Made by a program: the position numbers and the translations under genes
Assembly (NCBI GenBank): GCA_013265495.1
Contig: MU058444.1
Coordinates: 1,116,001-1,180,000, forward strand
Length of the DNA: 64,000 nucleotides
Reading direction: 5' to 3'
Origin: Vicugna vicugna
Lineage: Eukaryota
Shown: positions 13,058-23,861 of the stretch, piece after piece
Layout of the letters: each line of letters begins with the position of its first letter
Position numbering within the stretch: position 1 is the first letter of the stretch
Notes under the pieces: generated by a model
The model's input: the letters and a program-made list of their open reading frames with translations, nothing else
Databases searched by the model: none
What the model was told of the DNA's origin: nothing

Positions 13058-14246
13058 GTACTACATTGTTAGATGGAATATTTACAGTCATGGAAAAGAA
13101 AAATATTATTTCAAAATTAACCACTTTTATGTAATTTGATAAACTCCTTTTTTTGGGTGATTTGATTAATTCTTCATGTAATTTAAGTTTATGTGAGCTG
13201 GAGATTTCAAGCTTCATTCAACGATAATTCATTAGAATTACAGATTCACTCATTCTATATATGCATTTGTGAGGCTCACTATAGCTTTACACAAGACTTA
13301 AAAGGCAGAAGATAAATAAGGTACCATTTCTTTTGGTAAAGAACTCAGGGTCTCCTGAGAAAGATCAAACTATAGCCACTCGCCTAGGACTATGCTTGCC
13401 TTTGGATAGGAGCATTTAATCATCTAACAGGCATTTATTTTCTGCCTACTCAAGGTGCCAGCCTAACATTGCGGTGGTGGTAATCATATTAGTTGGCACG
13501 TGTCCTTGAGGGCACGTAAACATTTTCCAAGGGATATGTGGGATCAAATAATCCTACAGTGATCGATATCCAGATCTTCCACGTCCCTAGGTCCCCTCTC
13601 TGAAAAGTGGTCAGCTTGGCAATGCACCTGTTAGCACAGAGTTCTCCCCTCTTTTTTCAAAGTCATCCTTCCCCCACTTTCTAAGACAGAAAGGTTTACT
13701 TCTCATTTACCTCGAATGGTCCCCATGCCCAGCCTCTCCAATCATTCATGGTAAGCTTACTGGACAATTTTCTGTTCCATAATCTTGCCTTTTCCAGAAT
13801 TCAGATGAATGTAATTACATAACATGTAGCCTTCTGAGCCAGATTTCTTTTATTTAACACAGTGCATTTGAGATTCATCAAAACATGTCTCTTTTTTGAG
13901 GAGCGGTATTCCATTGCATGGTTAGAGCACAAGTGGGTTATCCACTCACCATGGAAATTATCTGGGTTTGCTCTTTTATCTTCTCTGTTGACAGATTGTA
14001 AGCTTCTTGAACAAATCAGCTTCGACATTTCCTTCTTTTTCCTTTTTTTTCTTAATGTGATAAACATTCAACATAGAGTCTGACAGCTAGTAAATGATCA
14101 ATAAATGTATAATAATATTTAAAAAATTTAAATATATTGAGCATATAAATCATGTATTTATTCATAAAATTTATTATTCAGCTAATATGGGCAGAGATCT
14201 TGTGAACACTGGAGAATCAATATAAAGATAGATAAGAGAGTCCCTG

Positions 14247-14381
14247 TTTTTTTTTTTTTAAAGGGGAAGTGGTAACTAGGTTTATTTATTTACTTGTTTT
14301 TTAAGTGGAGTTACTGGGGATCGAACCCAGGACTTTGTACATGCTAGGCAGGCACTCTACCACTGAGCTATCTTCTCCCCC
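14247..14381 (-). mobile_element. tRNA-derived SINE (camelid Vic-1-like)
   Basis: Reverse complement shows box A (tagctcagtggtagag) and box B (gggttcgatcccc); poly-T tail on +. Confidence 0.85.
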
Positions 14382-14587
14382 AACGGTTCCAGCTGTTGAT
14401 CAGCTAAAACCATAGCAAAGTTGACATTTATCCAGATTATTTTATTTAGCCTATGCTGTTAAATTTAAATATGTATAAATTTCCACACATATGTGTATTA
14501 TAAAAGACGTGGACATTTAGGTGGGTTCACAGATTATTTCAAAATATATAATTACCAATATAATAGAATGAATTATATGAGGGCAGC

Positions 14588-14745
14588 ATTTTTAAAACAT
14601 TTTTTATTGATTTATAATCATTTTACAATGTTGTGTCAAATTCCAGTGTTCAGCACAATTTTTCAGTCATTCATGGACATATACACACTCATTGTCACAT
14701 TTTTTTCTCTGTGAATTATCATAACATTTTGCGTATATTTCCCTG
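14588..14745 (-). mobile_element. Short L1 3' end, same young family as 23862-25942 and 31535-32205
   Basis: Near-identical 'aacattttttattgatttataatcattttacaatgttgtgtcaaattccagtg'. Confidence 0.85.
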
Positions 14746-15254
14746 TAATTCACACACATCCTATCTGTGCAAGCCTGCATCTGCTGTCCAAAAGAGATGG
14801 AGAGGTGATCTCTGCTCTAGAAGAGAAGCCTGATTTACATAATTATAACAATCCACTTGAGCTGTTATTTGAAAAATGTACAAAACGTTATTGTAGTGTA
14901 TGTTTCAAAACACATGCTGTACAGAGGCAGTACTTTGAACAGCACTAGTAAGACCGTCCTGGCAGTTTTTAAGCTTAACATTTTCATATCTTGAAATTGA
15001 TTATACTACCTTTATCTTGCATTAGGTAGGAGGCATTTGTAAAATTGAAGGTAGAAGAAAAGCTCATTTAATAAAACAAAAAGAAATTTTTTTTTTAAGA
15101 GCAGGATACCCCTAAGGGGAAAAAGATGATTTGGGAAAGAATGGTAGGGTCAAGGAAGTTTTCATTGTGATAGCCGCAAGAAGAACCTCAAGGGAGGAGG
15201 AGATATTTTAGAAGTAGATGGATTTGCAAATATTAAGTACAACGTCTAAATTAG

Positions 15255-15425
15255 ATTTTTTTTAAAAAAACAGATTTCTTCTGTAGAGCACAAAGAACTA
15301 TATTCAATATCTTGTAGCAACCTATTATGAAAATGAATCTATGTACGTATGTGCGTGACTGGGACACTGTGCTGTACACCAGAAATTGACACATTGTAAC
15401 TGACTCTACTTCAATTAAAAAAAAT
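15255..15425 (+). mobile_element. Short L1 3' end
   Basis: 'gactgggacactgtgctgtacaccagaaattgacacattgtaactgactctacttcaattaaaa'. Confidence 0.8.
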
Positions 15426-16168
15426 AAGAAGTTGATGGTACACTTCTGAAAGCTTATGTTAAGCAAGTTGAGGTTGTATTTCTTCTTTCTATAAAGTTTA
15501 TATAATTATGGGTTAATTGAAACTATCTCAGAGAACATGAATTCTCAATGAGAGGTATAACCTCCAAGGGATGAAAATTGGTTCTTAGAGGTGAGCGAAA
15601 AACATCTTACTCTTTATTATGTATGAAGCACAGATAATACATACAGTCTCGAAATGGATACATGGTATATCTCTGGAATTAAATTTTCATGAGAGGGTAA
15701 GGGTAAGGGGAATAGGCAAAAACTGTCTAAAAAAAGCTTTTTAAAGGGGGAATAATGAAAATCAGTGAAGAAACACTTTAGTATATTTCTAAGGAGGAAA
15801 TGGAAATTCGGAGAAATAATGGATTATCTTATAAGTATTTGAAGTTGTACCTGATTTCTGTGAATCATTACTCAAACGTAATAAAAAGACAAAAGTAAAT
15901 GATGAGGAAAAAATATTCAAAGAAATTGAGCCTTGTCATTATGTTTAGTTACATAAACTATGTCACATTCATGTTTTTATTCCATTAAAAAAATTCAAGA
16001 TCATTTGTAGTAGCTCTCTTAAAATAAGTTTTTTCAATGATTTTTGAAAGACAGCAGATATTGGAATATTTTTTAAAGATATGTCTATATGCTTTTTAGA
16101 AAATACTAGAAGGTCGTAAGTAAATGAGCTTATTTGAGTTTTAGTCGATTTTTAAACTTTATTTATAG

Positions 16169-16579
16169 AAGAATCAGCACTGTCTTCAAATTCGGCTTCA
16201 CAGTCAAATACCACACAATGGCTCCATCGGAAAGACACATCACTCACGACTGGAAAAAAGAGTGATTGTACCATAGCAGCGCGGATCTGCCAGGAATCTG
16301 AACATTGTGCTCTTTCGTACGAGAATTTTAAGAAAACCTGTGGGAGGGAATCGGAACAATGCAAGACCCTTGATGGACGCTACCTGTGCGCAGCGTTCAG
16401 AGAAAGTCTGAAACAGACAATCCTGTGGAGCTGTCAGTGCAGTGACCCTCCGGAAGCAGAGTGCGTTCAAATTCAGGAAAGCTTGTTTGAGGACATTTGT
16501 GTACAGGATGCTCCAATGAATCAAGTTCCAGCCTTCAGTGACGACGATGAGGATGGATTCCACCTGGATGTCGTTTCAG
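16169..16579 (+). CDS. GFRAL: Extra GFRAL exon encoding an additional GFRalpha/GAS1-type 10-Cys domain with flanking linkers (137 codons)
   Basis: tttatttatag| acceptor, CAG|gttggt donor, 411 nt, phase 1-1, no stops. Cys spacing C-x6-C-x5-C-x10-C-x6-C-x8-C-x14-CxC-x7-C-x11-C parallels GFRAL D2. Confidence 0.85.
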
Positions 16580-17249
16580 GTTGGTACCCCAAAGAATTGA
16601 AGAATGTTAAGCACCGTCACAAATAGGAGGTGACCGAAAGAATATTTCATTTCTGATTCCAGCTGTCATTTCTGCCTGTCTTTCTCTTAGAGAATTAAAA
16701 TGAAAGAACTCAATATTATGACTGTATCTTAAAGGAATTATGAAGAAAGAGGTCATTGCTAAAAGATTTTTAATGTGTTGCATAAAATCATGCTGTAAAC
16801 ATTATAAACATAATAAAAATATATTTTATTATAAAAACATAATAAAATATGTATTATGATATAAATAAACATATGAAATTTATGTATTTATATCATTTCT
16901 GTATACATTTAAATGATATAAATATAATACTATTAATTTCGTTCATTCACTGAACAAATACTTAGGACACATTTACAATGTGCTAAATCCTAAGTCCTGA
17001 GCAGCAGGATTAAAAGAAAAACAACAACAAAACTGTCTTTCATTTAAGACACTTATTATTTTTAAGGGATTTTAAAAAATTAAAGAAATAGATAATATAG
17101 TAAGTCATGCTTATTTATTTATTTGGTAAGAGATTTCTTTTCAGTGCCCACCATGTCCTAAGACTTAGGGGGGAAAGCAGTAAACAAAACAAAGAAACAT
17201 CATCAAAAATACTGCTCTTCTAGGACCTTACATTTCTAAATGGAGGAGA

Positions 17250-17690
17250 GTCTTGGTTATTTTCCCTGGAAACAGACTCTGAGATAGAGGTTTGCACACA
17301 GAAAATGTATTGGGCCGAGGGCTCGGGCACAAAAGCTAGAAAGAAGTGAGAAAAACAGGATTAGGTGGAGGGAGAAGGTTAAAATGCAAGACAATGACTG
17401 CAAGAAACTTAGCTGATTCCATGGAAAGGTGGATGGACCTGGGATGGCCTTTTAGAGATGCCACCCGTGGAGGCAAGGGGGCTGCTCCTTTGAGCCCCTT
17501 GTGTGGACTGGTCCTTAGATGTGAGCTGTCCCCTGAGAAAATCTGTCCCCTTGAGTGTGTGCCAACTTCCCTGAGATGCAGACAATGCCTGGAAAAGGAC
17601 CAGCCATTGGGGAAATGGGAATCGGGATCACCAAAGGGGTCAGCATCCAGTGAGAGGACACGACCAGGATAAATGGTGTGAGGATGGGAT
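17250..17690 (-). mobile_element. ERVL-type solo LTR (LTR16-like)
   Basis: 'ccctggaaacagactctgagatagaggtttgcacacag...tattggg' resembles recalled LTR16 consensus. Confidence 0.55.
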
Positions 17691-18317
17691 GCACATCCAG
17701 TGCTCAACATTTTTTTATCTTGGTTTTGTTTATGTGTCTGTGTTTCCCATAGAGGCTCAACCACAGGGACTGCAAATTCGTCCTCAATACGACAGTGGGT
17801 GCAGAGCAGGGACCCAACCAATGCTTCTTGAATGAAAGGTTCTAGAATTAGAGGGTCATAGAGTTCACGTGCATTCATGGGGGGTTGGTCAGTTCTATCA
17901 TAATTCCTAAAAACGCTGGCAGGCTAAGATAGTCAGAGGTGGGAAGAGTCCTTAAATTGCATTTACTCTGCACTTACTGGGCAGAGTTTTTTGGTTCAGA
18001 CAATGTTCCTTCTGTGCTTTCTCCCCAGACAGGCTCTTTGTTTACTTCCACGCACATGGCCTGGTCGTTAGCATTTGTTTAAATGTTCACGTAACTGAAT
18101 ACTCAGAGCAGGGCTGTTCGGCTGACCTGATGCTATTTCAGGGCATTATTTTTCTTCATCCGTACCTCACTTCTTTTGAGTATCGAGAGTTAAATAAGCA
18201 TTACATGAGCTTATATCTATTTTTGCTGGATTACTCATTCATAAAGGCTGTCCACATTCTCCTATTAAATTTAGAAAATTGTCCTCTAATAAATGAGCCT
18301 CCTTGTTTTCCTTCTAG

Positions 18318-18374
18318 ATAACGTGAAAGAGGATAATAAATTCAAGGGGAATCTAACGACTCTTTCCTATCATG
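18318..18374 (+). CDS. GFRAL: GFRAL canonical linker exon 4 (DNVKEDNKFKGNLTTLSYH), donor apparently broken and possibly skipped
   Basis: Matches human DNVKEDKFKWNLTTRSHH; good acceptor ttttccttctag|, but the donor reads CATG|gaaatg (GA, not GT). Confidence 0.6.
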
Positions 18375-18454
18375 GAAATGTTTCTCGACTGTAATTTTGA
18401 TCTGCATAGCAAATACTGGACAATATAACTTAAAATGTAGTTACCAGGCTTCTT

Positions 18455-18602
18455 TTTCTTTTTTCTTTTTTTTTTCTTTTGGGTAGGAGTTGATTATGTT
18501 TGTTTGTTTGTTTGTTTGTTTTATTTAATGGAGGCACTGGGGATTGAACCCAGGACCTTGTGCATGCTAAGCACGCCCTCTACCCTGAGCTATACCCTCC
18601 CC
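18455..18602 (-). mobile_element. tRNA-derived SINE (Vic-1-like) with 13-bp TSD
   Basis: Box A/B present; TSD taccaggcttctt at 18442-18454 and 18603-18615. Confidence 0.9.
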
Positions 18603-19208
18603 TACCAGGCTTCTTAAGGATGTGCCGTTACAAAATGAATCGTGTGAATTTTTAATCGTTCTAATATCACACCGTGCAACAAAATCATTGCACTTCTTCC
18701 ATCAGTGTTTCAAAGCAACTGTTTTGCCCATCCATTATTTATTTACAGGTATACAGAGAAATACTTGCCAGTTAAAACCAAAGACTGGATCTTTGTTAAA
18801 TTTCATAGGTATTTGGATCACATATATTAAATTCTTTGAGACCAATTATTTTTGTATATATGTGGGGGGTGGGCATTCGCATCTATCTACAAACATTTTT
18901 ATATGTTGGAATAACTACATGGAGCCTTTAGTCAAGATTCTCACCCCTACCCAAATAAGAAGTCCAACAGAACAAGCATCATTCTGAACTGAGCCAGTGA
19001 GCTCACCAACAGCTAGACAGCTCAGATCCAATTTCTGAAGATCTATTGTTTTGCATTTGAGAAACTTGGACTGAAGGATTTTTTTTCCTTCAGCTCAGTT
19101 TTGGCCCTACACCCTTCCATCACTTCTGGATCACAAGATGTATCCAGTGTAGATGAAATATGGCCCAAATAGTCCACGACTCAGGTCCCAGGTAGTTCAT
19201 ACTAGCTC

Positions 19209-19235
19209 TAAAAAGAAAGGAAAAGAAAAGAAGAA

Positions 19236-19274
<39 letters not shown>

Positions 19275-19374
19275 NNNNNNNNNNNNNNNNNNNNNNNNNN
19301 NNNNNNNNNNNNNNNNNNNNNNNNNNNNNNNNNNNNNNNNNNNNNNNNNNNNNNNNNNNNNNNNNNNGAAAGAA

Positions 19375-19414
<40 letters not shown>

Positions 19415-19490
19415 GAGAAAGAGAGAAAGAAAGAGAAAAAGAAAGAAAGAGAAAGAGAGAAAGAAAGAGAAAAAGAAAAAGAGAAAGGAG
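19209..19490. repeat. (GA)n and (GAAA)n polypurine tract spanning assembly gap 19275-19367
   Basis: Directly visible. Confidence 0.95.
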
Positions 19491-19618
19491 AGTTTGCCAA
19501 AAACAGCCCAGGGGTACATGGTTGTATTTTGTTCATGGATTTCTCATAGTGTTTTGCAGATTTCCGTGTCCTGCTTTTTGTTTACTTTTCCACGCCCTGG
19601 GCATATCGTTGCTTTTAG

Positions 19619-19949
19619 GAACCCGAGGGGCCCGGTCCTGTTTGGAGGTGGCAGAGACCTGTGTAGGGGACATGCTCTGTAATGCACAGTTGGCCCTGTA
19701 CCTGAAAGCTTGCTCAACAAATGGAAATCCATGCAACGTGAAACACTGCCAGGCGGCCATACGGTTCTTCTATCAAAATGCGCCTTTTAACATTGCCCAG
19801 ATGTTGGCTCTGTGTGACTGTGCTCAGTCTGATATCCCTTGTCAGCAGTCCAGAGCAGCTCTTCACAGCAAGCCATGTGCGGTGAGCAGAGTTCCAGCCC
19901 CGACCTGCCTCGATGTAATTCACAGCTGCCAAAATGATGAATTATGCAG
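19619..19949 (+). CDS. GFRAL: GFRAL exon 5, GDF15-binding domain D2 and start of D3 (GTRGARSCLEVAETCVGDMLCNAQLALYLKAC...CQNDELCR)
   Basis: ttttag| acceptor, AG|gtgagc donor, 331 nt; all 10 D2 cysteines present; strong match to human. Confidence 0.97.
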
Positions 19950-20489
19950 GTGAGCAAAAACACGCATTTCTTACCTTATTTTGGCACCTTATTTGTTACA
20001 GCCCAGCCCTAACACTTGCTCTCATTACGTTAGCTAGCGTCCCCACCCTCGTCCACCCTGACGTAAACAAAGCCAGACAGTTCACAGTTTCAAATCCCTG
20101 GTACACATGTAGCCTTTTTGAAATTCAAACGCAGAACATCAGTACATGTTTTTAGAATAAAAAAAAAATTCAGTCTGTCGGGATTCGGTACTCATGAAAT
20201 TGTATTATTAAAATCATCCATTCAAGTTAGACTAATAAATTTCTTAACAGACTTAGCTTGTACGCCCGTTTTGTTATTTGCTTTTTGGGGGGATCTGGTT
20301 CACTGAGGCTGTTAGACGTTATAGGATTTGGACAAAGCGACTCTTCCAATTTGAAAAGAAAGCATTTGAATCTTAGGCTGGAGATGAGGAGGGAGCGGGT
20401 CACTTGAGTACAGCTTGGACATCCCCAGCGCACATGGTGTCAGGACTGCACCCTTCTCCTCTTCCCAGCCTCTCACCGGGCAGCAATGC

Positions 20490-21005
20490 TAGTCATTTGT
20501 TTGCTTATTCAAAAAATAATTACCAAGCACCTACTACGATTTTAGGCATCATGGTACAAGACACAAAGATGCCTGCCCTGCAGAGCTAATGGTCTGGTAG
20601 CGATGAATATATAATAAATAAGGAAAATGTGTATTGTAGTATAAGGTAATGAGTACTCTGGAGAACACACACGCGTAGAATGAGGGGAGTTGTAAATGAG
20701 CAGAAAGAGTTGCAACACAAATGGGGGTGGTCCCGTTAGGGAGCATTTTGCCAGAGTTGAAGAAGTGAGGAAATGAACCTGTCTTGGTAAAGACTGGAAA
20801 GAAGAGACACCAAATAAATGGAGGAGGAAACGTGTGGGGCATGTCCTCAAGCAGTGAGGGTGACACGTGCAAGGCGGAGAGCCAGGGGAGATGAGTTCTA
20901 CTCTGAGAAAACTGAGAGAGACTGGGGCGGGGGGGATCTGAGCAGAGGTGTGAGTGATCTGCCCACGTTTTAAGACCTCCACCCTGGCTGCTAGCTGAGA
21001 CTAGA
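20490..21005 (-). mobile_element. L2 fragment
   Basis: 'ttattcaaaaaataattaccaagcacctact...cctgccctgcagagcta' is a typical L2 3' end in reverse. Confidence 0.6.
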
Positions 21006-23861
21006 CTTCACCTTTGCAGGTAACTCCTCCCAGGAACCACAAAGGGAACCCAGTTCTCTGGCTTTCTCTTTTCCTCGCTATGGTCTTCATTAATGCGCTT
21101 CCTTATAGACACAGGGCGAGTCTGTTGTGTGGTAAGAAATCCACAGTGAAGTGGGGCTCCTGAGACCCCAGGAAGAAGAGGGAGGAGAAAATGAGACTAC
21201 GGAACGCGCTTGATGAATCAAAACTATCTGTAACATGGGTGCTACCACGTTGGCGGTGCTTTACTTAAGAACCAGCCGTAATTGTACAATTCTTGGATCC
21301 ATCTTCTGCTTCTTCTTGAGATAATTATCCCAAGATAATTCATATTAATTTGTTTGCCTAGTATCTTCCCGCAGGGACTATTTGATTTAATGGTGTTTAA
21401 GTGAATAAAACTCCACATGGAGCAAATTCATTTAAAGATCAAAATCAGCATTTAGTGTGAAGGAGGGGCTCAGCGGGATAGCTCAGGGCGAGATTTGTCC
21501 TATTTGACACCTGGCTTTACCGACAGGCGAATGAGAGTCAATGAGGTCAACTTCCCATTGGGCTGGTTCTTGATAAACGGCTTTTCTTTGGTCTTTTAAC
21601 TGTCTTCACTCCTAGAGGAGAATCATCCTAACTTGCAAAGCAGCTGCAGATCTTGTCAACATTTGTCAACAAAGAGAACGGCTTTCTTGTAACACACATT
21701 CTGTAAATAAAGGTTAAAGATCTCAGCAGGTTGCTAGAGCCTTGATTTTTTCTTTTTTCTTCTTCTTTTTTTTTTTTTTTTTTTTTTAATTTTTTATTCA
21801 ACATCTCCTATAGAATGCCAAAGTTCTTGAGAAAGTTTTATTAGAGGAACTTGTCATGCAAAGTTATTTTAGGTTTTACTACATTGTTTCTCTTGAGTGA
21901 ATAATAAATCATCATTAAAATATTTTTTACAATGCAAGCTGAATTTTTCAAACTCATTTATGTCTCAAAAAATCTTTATTTAGTGAAATACTGCATTTCA
22001 TTGATTCAGAGATGCAAATTTTTGCACATTTTAATATCCTTACCACATTTGGAATGAGTCTTAACCTCAATGACAAAAAAAAAAAACGTTAAATTAAGAC
22101 AATAACTTGATTGCTAACGAGTGATTTTAGTTGTAATAAAATAATGGTATCTTGTACAATCAATGAAATGTGGTAAAAACGTTTGATTATACTATTTTTC
22201 TCATATCACAAAGAGAATATTACTATTTATCATCTGTCTACACTAACTGTGAAATCAAACAACATTTTAACCAACCAGGGAACACTTTTTTTAAAAGTAA
22301 TTCCTGTAAAAATGCTAGATTTCCCCAAGGATGAGCACCCAGCTTTTCTTGCCAGGGCCCCAGATAGTCCACCTCATTATCTTGAAGTTATCTGTACTCA
22401 ACTTTCACGACATGATCTTATCTGAGCTTCCCTGGAAAATAAAATATTTTGATGGCAAACGAGGGGATCTGCTGGTGCAGCCCTTAGGAAGTCCCGTGTG
22501 GTCTCTGAAACACACGCTCTTGCATTAACCTTACCTCGGCATCAGCACTTTCTCAGACTGATGGGTAGAGAGTTGGTGATTTTCCTCGACAAGGACCCCT
22601 GGGTTCCACCACGTCTCCGAAGTGCTTGGTGCGGGCTCCGGAACACGATATGCACTCAGATGTCATCTCCTTCCCTCCACTTTCGAATATCTTCTACTCA
22701 CTTAACTTTTATCATGTCCTGATATACCTACACATGTCTCTTCTTATGTGATTTCTATCTTTCATATACTGGTTCGGGGAGTAAGGACAGTGTGTCTTCT
22801 GTTTCTTTCCACCATGTGCAAAGAGTCCCTTAATGACTCCTTTATAAAGGTGATGGAAATATTACACAACATTAGTTGTCAAGATGAAAAGATGAATGCT
22901 GTCATTTTTCTCAAGCAGATTTTGCCTGAGGGAGATTTCCAGTATTTAGATTACATTAGTGTTAATGCAATTCAGATGGGGAAAAAAAAAGTCTGCAAAT
23001 GAAAAACCACTTCTTCGGTGAGAATGTTAAGCCTTTATCATTTAGGATCCCTGTAGAAGCCCCTGTATTTGGGGCAAAGCAGAACACTTGCATCTTAAAA
23101 TACATCTCCCATCCCTGTACCAGATTCTTCAATTTGTGAGAGGTTTTGAGACTCCTCTGTTTATTTGAAAAGGCCAGAGAAGGTGCTAGAAAAGCCAGTT
23201 GCCATTTTAATTTTGTCCAATACAGGGAGGTGAGATTATGTCTTGCCAATTAGAAATGTTGAAGGGTTTACGGGAAATTACAAAACATTATATGTTCATA
23301 TGTATGAACTCAAGAATGTAGTGAAAAAAAGTATTTGCTTAGAAGAAATCTTACATACTTTATAAAAGCAAACTTCATAATACACATGTTTATTTTAAGT
23401 GCTGGGGAATAATCACAAAGTTTAATTGTATATTAGGTCACAGAGGCAAATATAATATATTCTGTGTGCAGAAGTACACAGACCACATTCTCTTACATTT
23501 TATAATGGAACCAGAAATTTATAGCAAAACTAAAAACCAAATAATCAACTGTATTTAAAAAATTACTCTTTAAAGTACTTTATAATTCAAATAATAAACC
23601 AGAAGAAAAGGTTGCAGTATATCAAGAGAACAGGGATAATGAAATAGCTAGCCATCAAAACATTTCAAACATAAAACAACATTTCTATAATGCAAACTTT
23701 TCTGCCATATTTAATGTTTTACAAATAATTTAGGTAACTAATATACCAACATACTTTATATGTTAAAAAAAGTTAAAAAAAATAAAAGAACAGATAGATC
23801 ATCAAAAAAATTAAATATTCTTCAGTTCATCATTTTTGTAAAATTTCACAACTAATTTTCT

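Noticed and set aside
14300..14381. tRNA-like sequences here and at ~18540, ~30480 and ~51530
   Set aside because: Heads of tRNA-derived SINEs with tails and TSDs, not tRNA genes.
16152..16563. Two minus-strand ORFs (70 and 107 aa)
   Set aside because: Antisense shadows of the plus-strand Cys-rich exon, with no recognisable protein features.
17336..17878. 180-aa minus-strand ORF and overlapping plus-strand ORF
   Set aside because: Overlaps an LTR16-like element and has no protein homology that I can recognise.
19153..19618. Long N-terminal extension of ORF 19153-19953 (ERERE/KERK repeats)
   Set aside because: Translation of a GA/GAAA microsatellite and an N gap; the real exon starts at the acceptor at 19619.
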